NCBI GenBank assembly: GCA_024644045.1
Contig: JAHELT010000005.1
Coordinates: 8,149-72,148, forward strand
DNA: 64,000 nucleotides
Source of the DNA: Chromatiales bacterium
Lineage (GTDB): Bacteria > Pseudomonadota > Gammaproteobacteria > JAHELT01
Direction of reading: 5' to 3'
Shown: positions 17,963-28,304 of the stretch, in pieces
Numbering within the stretch: position 1 is the stretch's first letter
Layout: each line of letters opens with the position of its first letter
Translations under genes and position numbers: made by a program
The notes under the pieces: generated by a model
Seen by the model: only the letters and a program-made list of their open reading frames with translations
Databases searched by the model: none
What the model was told of the DNA's origin: nothing

Positions 17963-19612
17963 ATGCCAGCCAGCCCATACGATTACATCGTGGTCGGCGC
18001 CGGATCGGCGGGTTGCGTGCTGGCACACCGGCTGAGCGAGGATCCCGGCGTCCGCGTGCTTCTGATAGAGGCCGGCGGCGAGGACACCAACCTGCTCATC
18101 AGGATGCCGGCTGCCTGCGCCATCGCGGCGCGCGACGCCCGTTTCAGCTGGGGCTACGTCGGCGAACCCGAGCCCCGGCTCGACGGCCGCCGGATACTCG
18201 AGGCCCGCGGACGGGTGCTGGGCGGCTCGTCCTCGATCAACGGCATGGTGGCCAACCGCGGTAACCCGCGTGACTACGACGGCTGGGCCGCGGGCGGCCT
18301 CGAGCGCTGGTCCTACGCGCATTGCCTGCCCTACTTCAAAAAGATGGAAACGTTCGATCGAGGGGCCGACGACTGGCGCGGCGGCGACGGCCCGCAGCAC
18401 ATCGAAACCTGCCCGGCCGGGCATGCGCTCGACCGGGCGTTTCTCGCCGCCGGGCGCGAAGCCGGCTACGCGTTCACCGAAGACCAGAACGGCGAGCATC
18501 ACGAGGGGTTTCACGTCGCGCAGAGCTTTACCCATCGCGGACGGCGCTGGAGCACGGCCGACGGCTACCTCAGGCCCGCTCTGACACGCGCCAACCTGAC
18601 CCTGATGACGCGCACGCTGGTGCACCGTGTGGTCATGGACGGCCGGCGTGCGGTCGGCGTCGAGGTCGAACGCGAAGGCCGCATCGAACGGCTCGAAGCG
18701 GAGCGTGAAGTGCTGCTCGCCGGCGGCGCGATAAACTCGCCCCAGCTGTTGCTGCTGTCGGGCATCGGCGACCCGTCTCATCTCGCCGAGCACGGAATTG
18801 CCCTGGTTTCCAGCGTGCCCGCGGTCGGGCGCCACCTCGAAGATCACCTTATCGCGTCGATCAGGTACGCCACGCCCCGGGGCGTTTCGCCCGCACGACG
18901 CTTCAAGGGACTCGGACGCTGGCGTATCGGCCTCGAATGGTGGCTGTTCAAATCCGGGCTGGGTGCTTCCACCTTCTGCGAGACCGGTTGCTTTTTCAAG
19001 AGTTCGGACGCCGCACCCTATGCGGATCTGCAGCACGAGTTCTATCCAGTGGCCGCGCAGATGGGTGCGCCGCGAAGCAACGTCGCCGAGGGTTTCATGT
19101 TCTCGATGGGCATCATGCGTCCCGAGAGCCAGGGTCGCGTGGCGCTCAAATCAGCGGACCCGCGCGCCCATCCCTCGATCCTGTTCAACTATCTGGAAAC
19201 GCCCGGCGACCGCCGGGTAATGATCGATGGCCTGCGCCGGACGCGTGAGATGGCTGCGCAGCCGGCTTTCGACGCGCTGCGCAGGGTCGAGCTCTCGCCG
19301 GGTGCCGACGTGCGCAGCGACGCCGAGATCCTGGCATGGCTGGCCGCCGACGGCACGACCGAGTACCACCCCTGCTCTACCTGCCGCATGGGCACCGGCG
19401 ACGACGCCGTCACCGACGATGAAGGTCGCGTGCACGGTGTCGATGCGCTGCGCGTCGTTGACGCCTCGATCATGCCGCACAACGTCACGGCCAACCTGAA
19501 CGCGCCGGTGATCATGATGGCCGAGAAGCTGGCCGATGCCATTGCGGGAGAACCGGCGCTGCCGGTTGCAGTGCCGCAGTTACGAACCGTAGATGCTCAG
19601 CGGGAACCTTGA
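17963..19612 (+). CDS. GMC oxidoreductase, choline dehydrogenase-like
   Basis: GAGSAGC, RGRVLGGSSSING, GGAINSPQLL, YHPCSTCRMG, NLNAPVIMMAEK. Confidence 0.9.
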   Translation: MPASPYDYIVVGAGSAGCVLAHRLSEDPGVRVLLIEAGGEDTNLLIRMPAACAIAARDARFSWGYVGEPEPRLDGRRILEARGRVLGGSSSINGMVANRGNPRDYDGWAAGGLERWSYAHCLPYFKKMETFDRGADDWRGGDGPQHIETCPAGHALDRAFLAAGREAGYAFTEDQNGEHHEGFHVAQSFTHRGRRWSTADGYLRPALTRANLTLMTRTLVHRVVMDGRRAVGVEVEREGRIERLEAEREVLLAGGAINSPQLLLLSGIGDPSHLAEHGIALVSSVPAVGRHLEDHLIASIRYATPRGVSPARRFKGLGRWRIGLEWWLFKSGLGASTFCETGCFFKSSDAAPYADLQHEFYPVAAQMGAPRSNVAEGFMFSMGIMRPESQGRVALKSADPRAHPSILFNYLETPGDRRVMIDGLRRTREMAAQPAFDALRRVELSPGADVRSDAEILAWLAADGTTEYHPCSTCRMGTGDDAVTDDEGRVHGVDALRVVDASIMPHNVTANLNAPVIMMAEKLADAIAGEPALPVAVPQLRTVDAQREP

Positions 19613-19619
19613 CGGCTCG

Positions 19620-20432
19620 CTAGACCAGCTTGTGCATGTCCTGCAACCGGGTGGTCCCGATCTCGCCGACGATTTTTGCACGCAGGCGGCGCATGCCGCC
19701 GATCCAGCGGTCGTAGTCGGCCTTGTGCAGGCGATACTCGTCGACTTCCGGGTGCGGAAGAATCAGAAAGCGCTCCTCCGCCAGACCGGCAACCACCTTG
19801 TCCGCGACCTCGCGCGGGCTGAGCAGCCCGGGCTGCCCACCGCCATCGTCACCGTCGGCGTACCCCAGCATCGGCGTTGCGACATACTGCGGGCAGATCA
19901 CCGAAACCCTGATGCCGTCATCGCCGTGCGCGATTGCGAGAGACTCGGCAAAGCCGACTGCCGCGTGCTTGGTCGCCGAGTAGGCCGCGTCGCCGATCTG
20001 ACTGAGCAACCCCGCCGCCGAGGCCATCTGCAGCAGATAGCCGCTGCCGCGTTCGAGCATTCCCGGTAACACTGCCCTGGCCGCGTAGACGTGGGCCATT
20101 ACGTTCACGTCCCAGCAGGTTTGCCACTGTGCGTTCGTCGCTGACGCGGCGCCGTCCGGCTCGCCGAAACACACGCCGGCGTTGGAGCAGAACACGTCAA
20201 TCGGCCCGAAATGCTGCTCGGTGCGCGCGACCAGGTTCTGAATGTCCGCTTCGCGGGTCACGTCGCACGCGAGCGCGAGCCCCTGAACCTGATCGGCGAC
20301 GCGTTGTGCACCCTCTTCGTTCAAGTCGGCGACGGCGACGCGGGCGCCTTCGTCGGCGAAACGCCTGGCCAGCGCCGCGCCGATACCGCTGGCGCCACCG
20401 GTTACCACGGCGGTTTTATCGTTCAGTTTCAT
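19620..20432 (-). CDS. SDR-family oxidoreductase
   Basis: TGGASGIG, SNAG, YSATK. Confidence 0.92.
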   Translation of the reverse strand: MKLNDKTAVVTGGASGIGAALARRFADEGARVAVADLNEEGAQRVADQVQGLALACDVTREADIQNLVARTEQHFGPIDVFCSNAGVCFGEPDGAASATNAQWQTCWDVNVMAHVYAARAVLPGMLERGSGYLLQMASAAGLLSQIGDAAYSATKHAAVGFAESLAIAHGDDGIRVSVICPQYVATPMLGYADGDDGGGQPGLLSPREVADKVVAGLAEERFLILPHPEVDEYRLHKADYDRWIGGMRRLRAKIVGEIGTTRLQDMHKLV

Positions 20433-20486
20433 GGTGCGGGTTTCTCACAGTGAAAAAGAGCGCAGTCGATTCGCCGCCAGTGTGCG

Positions 20487-20993
20487 TCAAACCGACGTGT
20501 ACTCGCCCGCCAGATACGCCTCGCGCAGCGCGAACTTCTTTATCTTGCGCGAGCCCGTCAGCGGAGCTCGTCGACCCGGCACCACACGACCGGGGTCTTC
20601 TGCGGCGACAGGCGTTCGCGGCGGTGGCGGTGCAGGGCGTGCGGATCGGCGTGCCCCGACTCCGGGCGAATGAAACACGCCCACGACGATACCCGCCAGC
20701 GCACAGGCGTACTCCAGCAGTAACCACTCCGGCGTGTTGGGTGCCCACACGGTAATCCGCTCACCGGGCTCGAACCGACTCGCCAGCGCAAGGGCCAGTT
20801 TCTCGCTGTCGGCCAACAGTTCCGCATAGCTCCAGCGGCGGGCCGTCCTGCCGTCGATGCCGACTTCGACGAGCGCAGGCGCCGCAGGGTACAGGTTGGC
20901 GATCTCGCGCAACAGACCGCCAACGGTGATCTCGCGGACGACGTCGTCCGTCTGCGCTTCGATCAGGGACTCGGCGAGATCGAGTTCGTACAT
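20487..20993 (-). pseudogene. Acyl-CoA synthetase (AMP-binding) remnant with a large internal deletion and frameshifts
   Basis: About 100 N-terminal aa (RRWSYAEL, GERITVWAPNTPEW) joined to C-terminal pieces (LSPQKTP..W.. in one frame, PLTGSRKIKKFALRE in another); the AMP-binding core is missing. Confidence 0.75.
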
Positions 20994-21024
20994 GGTCTGG
21001 AGCGGACGGTGATGCTGAAAAAGG

Positions 21025-21870
21025 CTACTTCTTGCTGCCGGGGATCGGCTCGCCCGAATCACGCTCGGCAACGGCCCGTTTGAAGCCGACCTCCTCGGCG
21101 CGCTGCTTGAACCAGACGCCCTCGGGGCTGTGCCGGGCCATGCCGTCGAACAGCGTGGCGATGGTCTGTGTCCCGGCGAGGCCCATATTCTCGTACGCCT
21201 GATTGACCAGCAGCTTCATCATCATGAGCTGGTTCTTCGGCACCCCCTTGATCCGCGCAGTCAGCGCATCCACCGCCTGATCGAGCGCTGCCGGCGCTAC
21301 CGCCTCGAGCACCAGGCCGATTTCCGCGGCGCGCCTGCCGGTGATCAGATCTCCCGTGAACAGCATGTGCTTGGCTTTCTCCGCCCCCAGGCGGTACACC
21401 CACATGGCGGTGGTCGGGCAGCCCCACACACGCGCGGGCGGGTAACCGATTCGCGCATCTTGATTCATCACGATCAGATCGGCGCACAGCGCGATATCGC
21501 TGCCACCGGCAACGGCGTCGCCGTTGACCCGGGCAATGACCGGCTTGTGGCAGCGCCAGATCGCCATGAACTTTTCCGTGCAGCGGCTCATGAACCGGTA
21601 GTCCAGCATGGGGTCCCAGGGCATGTCCTGGATCGCCGGGTTGGTGCCCGACTGTTCCGCATAGGTGTTGAGATCGTAACCGCCGCAGAAACCCTTGCCG
21701 GCACCCGTCAGGACCACCACATGCACGGAATCGTCGGCGTTGGCCTGCGCGAAGGCGGCGGCAATGTCGTCCGGCATGCTTTCGCTGATCGCGTTGTAGC
21801 GTTCGGGGCGATTCAGGGTAATGGTCGCAACCCGCGCCCGCGCCTCATACAGTACGTCCCCGAACTTCAT
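21025..21870 (-). CDS. Enoyl-CoA hydratase/crotonase family protein
   Basis: ITLNRPERYNA, FCGGYDL, AVAGGSDIALCAD; GGGAGAG RBS. Confidence 0.9.
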   Translation of the reverse strand: MKFGDVLYEARARVATITLNRPERYNAISESMPDDIAAAFAQANADDSVHVVVLTGAGKGFCGGYDLNTYAEQSGTNPAIQDMPWDPMLDYRFMSRCTEKFMAIWRCHKPVIARVNGDAVAGGSDIALCADLIVMNQDARIGYPPARVWGCPTTAMWVYRLGAEKAKHMLFTGDLITGRRAAEIGLVLEAVAPAALDQAVDALTARIKGVPKNQLMMMKLLVNQAYENMGLAGTQTIATLFDGMARHSPEGVWFKQRAEEVGFKRAVAERDSGEPIPGSKK

Positions 21871-22092
21871 GATTCTCTCCCGCGACCAGGCGGCGGCAGC
21901 AATGTAAACATCAACACGGCGATGGTGACAAGTGTCCCCGCCGCTGCCGGCCCTTACGAGCGCAGCCTCGAGACCAGGGACGAGGGCAGCAACGAGTACC
22001 GGCGCGTCGAGCGTCGGCACGGGGCCTCTACCGGCGCTTCGGCCTGGCCGACACGGTCAGGTCGATGCCGGGAAGATTACACGTTGCGCCGC

Positions 22093-22500
22093 TCAGGCCG
22101 CTCGGTCGCAGGCGTCCGATGCTTCGCGGTCATTGCGGCTGCGGATATCGACGAGGCCGTGCTCGCCGGCGGGCACCCGCGATGCCGCTCGCTCGCTCGC
22201 GCTCTTCACGAACGCAGCGATCTGCGCGCGGCAGGTGATACCGATGTCGCGCAGAGCGCGGTCATCGAGCGCCTCGAGCTCTGCGATCGCCTGCGCATCT
22301 CTGCGCGCGCGCCGCCACCGGAGCAGCAGCCGGAAGACGGCGGTCCGTGCCCGGAAGAACGCCGCGCGCGGCGCAGCGCGAAGGTGTTGAACCCCTGCAT
22401 AAACGGGACCGCGGACGGAACGGTTGACCTCGTCGTTGGCGGCCGTCTGACTATGCGGGAAGTCTTTGCCCACAAACGCTTTTGAGTCGCCAGATGCCAT
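22093..22500 (-). CDS. DUF1127-domain protein (long type)
   Basis: RRARRDAQAIAELEALDDRALRDIGI; AAGGAGG RBS. Confidence 0.7.
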   Translation of the reverse strand: MASGDSKAFVGKDFPHSQTAANDEVNRSVRGPVYAGVQHLRAAPRAAFFRARTAVFRLLLRWRRARRDAQAIAELEALDDRALRDIGITCRAQIAAFVKSASERAASRVPAGEHGLVDIRSRNDREASDACDRAA

Positions 22501-22633
22501 GACCAGAACCTCCTTGCTACGCTATGACTCGACGCAGTTCCTCGTGCAATGAGACGAACTCGGTAAGGGCGGATCGCGAAAGTTCAAGACCTGATCAAAG
22601 CACACGCGCAACGCTCGAGCTGGACGGAAGCTT

Positions 22634-24058
22634 TCACGCATTCACCGCTGCGGTCTGCTGCGCCACAGCCCCGCTGCTCTGCTCGGGCAATACGGTCTCC
22701 TGCAGAAAAACCCACTCGATGCGCTCGCCATCCGGAACCTGTCTCAGTAGGGCGGTGCTGATCCGGGCGCGTCCGGGCTCACCCCGGTGCGACTCGCGGT
22801 AGCTGGCAAGGTACATACGACTGCCCAACGGACGCAGCGAAAGATCGCTGATCTGGAGTGCGTAACCGTCGGGCCTGGTGGCGTACGCCGCGGCGAAGTT
22901 CTGCACAACACCAGGCTTGTCTTCACGTACACCGCTGGGGTGCACGACCGTGAAGTCCTCCGCGAGCGCCTCTCGCAGCCGCCAGGGCCCCGCCCCGTTG
23001 TCCTTCACGCTTCCTTTCAACCAGCCCTCCAGAAAAGCGTGCAGGTCCAGGACTTCCCGTCGGAACGCCTCGCTTGGGGCCCCCGCAGCGCCTGCTGCGA
23101 CGATTCGGTCAGTCCTGTAGTCCACCGCAGGTCCCGACGCCACGATGGTGGGGTCGATCTCGCCGAGCGCGTCGTAGTAGTGCGCCTTGATGTGCTTGAA
23201 GCGAACCGTCTCCGCAACGCCCGGGATTTCGTGCAGACGCCGCGCGTAGGCGCTGAGCGCAGGATAGTCGATCAGTCGCCGCAGGTTGCATTTCAGCGCA
23301 CCGACATAGACTGCATCGAACCGGCAAAGCGTCGGAAACAGATGCCAGTCGCTCTCCGTCACCCTGTTCCCCAGCAGGTACGGCTGGCGCGCGAGACGCG
23401 CCTCCAGCTCGTCGAGGGATTCGAACAGCGTACGCACCGCGCGCTCGTGCGCCGCCTGGCTGTCCGCAAAGCCGGCCCGGTACACGCCCTGGCAGACAGC
23501 CGGGATCAGCCACGCGTTCAGCCCGTCGATTGCCGGGCGCATCGCGCGCGGATAGAAGTCGACCGACGCATCGCCCCACGCGTCGAAGGCCGAGTTGAGC
23601 ATGCGCATGATCTCGCGCGACTCGTTGTTGACGATGGTTTCGCGCTGGCGATCCCACAGCACCGGCACAGTGACCCTGCCCGTGTAGTCGGGGAGAGCAG
23701 CGCGGTACACGTCGTAGAGGAACCGGCGCCCCCCGGCGTGATCGACGGTGCTCAGGTCGCTGTCGGCGAAGCGCCAGCCGCCGGGACCGGCCCAGCGCGG
23801 GTGCAACACCGACAGCGACATGGCGTTCTCCAGGCGCTTCAAGCGGCGGTAGAGAATCGTGCGGTGCGCCCACGGGCAGGCATAGCTGACATACAGATGA
23901 TAGCGCCCCCGCTTCGCCGCGAAGCCCGAGGAACCGTCGGCCGTCACGCGATCGTGGAATCCGTTGGTTGAGCTGTTCGCGAGCGCGCTGCGGACAGCCG
24001 GCGTATAGGCCAGGCTGTCATGCCAGACACCCTCGATAAGCGCTTTGATCTTAAGCAC
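22634..24058 (-). CDS. Glutathionyl-hydroquinone reductase (YqjG/Xi-class GST) fused to a C-terminal DUF4440/NTF2-like domain
   Basis: YVSYACPWAHR, TVPVLWD, IVNNES, YRAGFA, LFPTLCRFD; about 130 extra aa (EVLDLHAFLEGW...WVFLQET); GTG start overlaps the upstream GST stop. Confidence 0.85.
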   Translation of the reverse strand: MLKIKALIEGVWHDSLAYTPAVRSALANSSTNGFHDRVTADGSSGFAAKRGRYHLYVSYACPWAHRTILYRRLKRLENAMSLSVLHPRWAGPGGWRFADSDLSTVDHAGGRRFLYDVYRAALPDYTGRVTVPVLWDRQRETIVNNESREIMRMLNSAFDAWGDASVDFYPRAMRPAIDGLNAWLIPAVCQGVYRAGFADSQAAHERAVRTLFESLDELEARLARQPYLLGNRVTESDWHLFPTLCRFDAVYVGALKCNLRRLIDYPALSAYARRLHEIPGVAETVRFKHIKAHYYDALGEIDPTIVASGPAVDYRTDRIVAAGAAGAPSEAFRREVLDLHAFLEGWLKGSVKDNGAGPWRLREALAEDFTVVHPSGVREDKPGVVQNFAAAYATRPDGYALQISDLSLRPLGSRMYLASYRESHRGEPGRARISTALLRQVPDGERIEWVFLQETVLPEQSSGAVAQQTAAVNA

Positions 24059-24728
24059 GCTGCACTCCGGGGTCACCCGTGGCACCGGTATACTCGGCTT
24101 CGTTGGCGGCACCGGTCCCGGCGACCGCCAGACCCTCGGCGCGCATCGCCTCACGCACCGCGGGGCGCGCCGCGATCCGTTCCATGTAGCGCTGCACGTT
24201 CCGCCACGGCGCCAGATCAATGTCGAACAGATGCGTCCAGTTGATGATCGCGAACGCGTAGCTGTCGGCCACGCTGAAGCGGTTGTCGAGCAGATAGTCC
24301 TGCTCGGCCAGATGGCGCTCCAGGTAGTCGAGCTTCGTCGCGACGGTCTGCTTGACGATCGCTTCCCAGCCTGCCGGCAGGTCCGGGCGGAACAGCGTGC
24401 CCAGGCTCTTGTGCAGCTCCGCGGTGACGAAGTTCAGCCACTCCTGCAGTCGGTAACGTGCGAGCGTGCCGGGCGCCGGCGCCAGGTCCGCTTCCGGATG
24501 ACGATCGGCGAGGTACTGGACGATCGCCGGAACCTCGGTCAGTACACTGCCGTCGTCGAGCACGAGGGCCGGTACCTGACCTTTCAGATTGACGGCGGTG
24601 AAATCGGCACCGTCCGTGGTTTTCCTGGTGGCGAGATCCACCTGGTTCAATTCGAAGCTCAGCTGCGCCTCGCGCAGCACGATATGCGGTGCCAGCGAGC
24701 ATGCGCCTGGAGTGAAGTAGAGTTCCAT
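24051..24728 (-). CDS. Glutathione S-transferase (beta class, GstA-like)
   Basis: LYFTPGACSLAPHI, KGQVPAL, LTEVPAIVQYLAD, ELHK; AAGGAG RBS. Confidence 0.92.
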   Translation of the reverse strand: MELYFTPGACSLAPHIVLREAQLSFELNQVDLATRKTTDGADFTAVNLKGQVPALVLDDGSVLTEVPAIVQYLADRHPEADLAPAPGTLARYRLQEWLNFVTAELHKSLGTLFRPDLPAGWEAIVKQTVATKLDYLERHLAEQDYLLDNRFSVADSYAFAIINWTHLFDIDLAPWRNVQRYMERIAARPAVREAMRAEGLAVAGTGAANEAEYTGATGDPGVQRA

Positions 24729-24858
24729 GTAGGGCTCCTTTCGATGTTGCCTGATGAGAGCATGATCGGGACCGTCTGCGAGGGTGCCCGCGTCGGCGTC
24801 CCGGGCTGCTGGAGTGGCAAGATAGTCTATGCGTACATGCAATGGAATTAGCTGAATC

Positions 24859-24875
24859 TGCAAACTAAACTTGCA
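24859..24875. promoter_or_regulatory. LysR-type operator palindrome TGCAA-N7-TTGCA
   Basis: Inverted repeat 3 nt upstream of the LysR ATG, between divergent gst and lysR. Confidence 0.55.
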
Positions 24876-24878
24876 TAT

Positions 24879-25793
24879 ATGCAAGACTGGAACGATCTGC
24901 GGTACTTTCTCGCCATCGCCCGCGCCGGCAGCCTCGCCGGCGCGGCGCGTGCCCTGCGGGTCAACCATTCGACAGTGTTCCGGCGCCTCAATGCACTCGA
25001 GTCGGCCGCCGGCGTTCGTCTGTTCGAACGGCTACCGCAGGGGTACGAGCTGACCGAGGCGGGCGAGGAGATGTTCTCGAGCGCGGCCCAGGTACATGAG
25101 CTGATGGACGCGCTGGAGCGACGCCTCGTCGGCCGCGATTACCGCCTGGGTGGCACCATCCGGCTCACCACGACTGACACGCTCGCGGCGCACTTCCTCC
25201 ACCCTCACCTCCAGCGGTTTCGCGCACGCTACCCCGGTATCGTCCTGGAGCTGGTGACCGACAATGTGTTGTTCGATCTTTCGAAGCGCGAGGCGGACGT
25301 GGCGCTGCGCCCAGCCGACAACCCGCCCCCGCATCTGGTGGGGCGCGATCTTGCGCGCGTCGCCTGGGCGGTCTACGGGTCACCGGATTACCTCGGTGGA
25401 CGGCAAACGCTGCGCGGCTCGGCGGACCTGGCCGGGCATTCGATCATCGCCGGCGACGACGGCCTGGCATCGGTGCCCGCCGTGCGCTGGCTGCGCGCCC
25501 AGGTGCCGGATCAGGCGATCGTCTACCGTGCCAGCAGCTTTTCCGCGCAGCTGGCCGCGGCAAGGTTCGGGATTGGACTGGCGCTGTTACCCTGCGTGCT
25601 GGGTGACCCGACGCCCGATGTCGAGCGGGTGCTCGGGCCGATCGAAGCGCTCACTACGGGCTTGTGGCTGTTGACGCACGCAGACCTGCGTGACACCGCG
25701 CGCATCCGCGCGTTCATGACCTTCATGACCGATGCAATTCGCAGCGACGAGGCATTGCTTGCGGGGCGTGCGGGGCGCGCACTGCGGCAGTAG
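24879..25793 (+). CDS. LysR-family regulator
   Basis: DWNDLRYFLAIARAGSLAGAARALRVNHSTVFRR; READVALR. Confidence 0.93.
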   Translation: MQDWNDLRYFLAIARAGSLAGAARALRVNHSTVFRRLNALESAAGVRLFERLPQGYELTEAGEEMFSSAAQVHELMDALERRLVGRDYRLGGTIRLTTTDTLAAHFLHPHLQRFRARYPGIVLELVTDNVLFDLSKREADVALRPADNPPPHLVGRDLARVAWAVYGSPDYLGGRQTLRGSADLAGHSIIAGDDGLASVPAVRWLRAQVPDQAIVYRASSFSAQLAAARFGIGLALLPCVLGDPTPDVERVLGPIEALTTGLWLLTHADLRDTARIRAFMTFMTDAIRSDEALLAGRAGRALRQ

Positions 25794-25846
25794 CCGGAAA
25801 TTAGCTAAGCTACGCTCAAGCGCAGTTTGTCCGGCGGGGAAAGAGC

Positions 25847-26611
25847 ATGAAACGTGCAGTGGTAACTGCAGGCGCATCGGGCATCGGCAGGGCGATGGCC
25901 GAGGCATTCGCCGCCAGCGGTTACGCGGTCGCGGTATGCGACATAGACGAACCGGCGCTCGACGCCTTCAAGAAAGCGCACCCCGACATGCTGGCGCTGA
26001 ACGCCGATGTATCCCGGGAGAACGAGGTGGAGGGGTTCTTCGATGCGCTGGAGGCAAAGTGGGGAGACGGGCCTGACGTGCTCTGTGCGAACGCCGGCAC
26101 TGCCGGGCAGCATGGCGCCATCGACGAGCTGGACGCCACCGCCTGGCGAACGTGTTTCGCTGTCAACGTCGAGGGCGCCTTCCTGTGCGCCCGCCGTGCG
26201 GCGCGCACTATGAAACCCAAAGGCCGGGGCCTGATCGTCTTCACCTCCTCCTCCGCCGGGCTGATGGGCTATGCGCGGCGTACGCCCTACGCCGCGGCAA
26301 AGTGGGCGGTAATCGGAATGATGAAAAGCCTGACCATCGAGCTCGGCCCACTCGGCATCCGGGTCAATGCGCTGTGTCCCGGCACGGTCGTCGGCGAGCG
26401 CATGGAGCGGGTGATCCGCGACGAAGCGAAAACCTACGGCATCCCGGAGACGGAGGCGCGCAAGCTCTACTCGGAGGGGATTTCACTGCGCACCTGGATC
26501 GAGCCGGAGGAAATCGCCGCCATGGCAGTGTATCTGGACAGCCCCATGGGCAGAAAGATCACCGGCCAGGCGCTGTCGATCGACGGCCATACCGAAGCCC
26601 TGTCGCGTTGA
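25847..26611 (+). CDS. SDR-family oxidoreductase
   Basis: TAGASGIG, ANAG, YAAAK, NALCPG. Confidence 0.9.
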   Translation: MKRAVVTAGASGIGRAMAEAFAASGYAVAVCDIDEPALDAFKKAHPDMLALNADVSRENEVEGFFDALEAKWGDGPDVLCANAGTAGQHGAIDELDATAWRTCFAVNVEGAFLCARRAARTMKPKGRGLIVFTSSSAGLMGYARRTPYAAAKWAVIGMMKSLTIELGPLGIRVNALCPGTVVGERMERVIRDEAKTYGIPETEARKLYSEGISLRTWIEPEEIAAMAVYLDSPMGRKITGQALSIDGHTEALSR

Positions 26612-26688
26612 GGAAACCCGCTGCTGCGGGTGCGGCGTACGCGGCCATCCGCTGGACTCCTTCGGGGCCGGACGCCCGCACTCGCGTC

Positions 26689-27624
26689 TCAATACCCGAG
26701 CGTGCGATCGACCTCATGCAGCAGGGCTTGCCCGGCCGTCAGGCGGCGGTAGTTCTCAGCGACATCGTCGAACCCGCCGTCCAGATGCCAGCCCGCCACG
26801 TGCGGCGTTATCGTGACGCGGGGGTGGCGCCATAGTGGATGACCCGCCGGCAGGGGCTCCTGTGCAACCACGTCGAGCACCGCGCCGCCGAGTGCGCCGC
26901 TGTCGAGTGCCTCGATCAACGCCTCTTCGACAATCAGATCGCCCCGTCCGACGTTGATCAGAACCGCACCCGGTTTGATGCTTGCGATCAGCTCTGTATC
27001 GAACAGGTGTCGCGTGTGCGGCGTCGCCGGAAGAATGGCGACCACATAGTTGCACGCGGCCAGCAGATCAGGCAGCGCATCCGCGCCGGCCCGGCAGTCG
27101 ACACCGTCGATCACGTGCGGCGAGCGACTCCAGCCGAGGACCTCGAAGCCCAGCTTCGCGAAAAGCCGCGCCGTCCACCCGCCGATATGGCCGAGGCCGA
27201 GCACGCCGACGGTGGACCGGTCGGTCCGCCGTGGCGCAACCGGGTTCCACGTGCCGGCGGCGGCAGCCGCTTCGTGCAGTCCCATGTTGCGCTGATGGCG
27301 CAGCACGTAGGCCAGGCAGTACTCGGCAATCTCGCGCGCCTGGATGTCGGGGGCGAGTCGCGCGAGGCGCAGGTGCGGGGGCAGGTCCGGGGCGCGCACG
27401 ATTTTCTCCACCCCGGCGCCGAGCTTCTGCACCAGCGCCAGGCTCGGCAGGAGAGACAGCACGTCCGCGCGAAATTCCGCGGTTGCCAGCATGATTACAT
27501 CGGGTCTGGGCTTGTCGGGGCGACCGCAATAGATCGTGGTATCCGGCAACAGCGGCGCGAGCACCTCGCGTAACGCTTCGTCGGTCATCCAATGCGGCAG
27601 ACCGGTGTCGATGAGTAAGGCCAT
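26689..27624 (-). CDS. D-2-hydroxyacid dehydrogenase (GhrA-like)
   Basis: GAGVE, GLGHIG, INVGRG, LDV..QEPLP, ITPHVA. Confidence 0.88.
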   Translation of the reverse strand: MALLIDTGLPHWMTDEALREVLAPLLPDTTIYCGRPDKPRPDVIMLATAEFRADVLSLLPSLALVQKLGAGVEKIVRAPDLPPHLRLARLAPDIQAREIAEYCLAYVLRHQRNMGLHEAAAAAGTWNPVAPRRTDRSTVGVLGLGHIGGWTARLFAKLGFEVLGWSRSPHVIDGVDCRAGADALPDLLAACNYVVAILPATPHTRHLFDTELIASIKPGAVLINVGRGDLIVEEALIEALDSGALGGAVLDVVAQEPLPAGHPLWRHPRVTITPHVAGWHLDGGFDDVAENYRRLTAGQALLHEVDRTLGY

Positions 27625-27737
27625 GCTTCACCTGGAGGCGGCGCACCTGCGCCGATTATATCGGACAAGAAATGGGGACAGTCCCCGCTGGCAGCAAACG
27701 GGTAGTCGCCTTGCTGAGGACTCCCACCACATCGATC

Positions 27738-28304
27738 TCACTTACCCGCGGAGGGGGACAGTGCCCGGTGGTGCAGTTTTTCCAGGCGCCGCCGGGCCGA
27801 GTGCAGCAGCACCTTCGAATAGACTTTGTGAAACCCGAGCAGCATTGCGTAGCCGCGGCCGAGCGACTGCTCGCCCGTCTCACCGCTGCGCACGGGCAGG
27901 ACCGCCGAACCGAACAGCAGCCGCGTGGCCGGCGAAGCGCCGGCGGTTGTCGGTACGAGCATGAACCAGGATCGGGTGCGTGCGTGCAAATCGCACATCA
28001 GGAGCTGATCGTGCGTTCGATCCTCCACGGTCCAGGCCGCAAAAGCGTCGATCGAACCGTCCGCGAGCTGCCTCGCCTGCGTATCCGTCGAAGGCCGGCT
28101 CACCAGGTGTTTCAAGATCACACGTTCGAGCTTGAACACGGGCGTGGTGTAGAAAGCGAACACGAACTCCGGCAGCGCGACCCGCGTATGGACCGTCACC
28201 GAATAGCAGTCAGTGTACGTGCCGGCCGCTTCCGGTTGTGTGCGCTCACAGTACCGGTTCAACAGGGCGCGTTCCGGAAGGGGACAGGGATCTATCCATG
28301 CCAT
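27738..28304 (-). CDS. Hypothetical protein (DUF2867-like)
   Basis: YTDCY, FVFAFYTTPVFKLER, LLFGSAV, FHKVYSKVLL look like conserved blocks. Confidence 0.6.
   Translation of the reverse strand: MAWIDPCPLPERALLNRYCERTQPEAAGTYTDCYSVTVHTRVALPEFVFAFYTTPVFKLERVILKHLVSRPSTDTQARQLADGSIDAFAAWTVEDRTHDQLLMCDLHARTRSWFMLVPTTAGASPATRLLFGSAVLPVRSGETGEQSLGRGYAMLLGFHKVYSKVLLHSARRRLEKLHHRALSPSAGK

Noticed and set aside
17588..19036. 639-aa ORF that appears to extend the YbaK protein
   Set aside because: The extension is the antisense shadow of the GMC oxidoreductase and DUF2061 genes; a strong RBS marks the start at 17587
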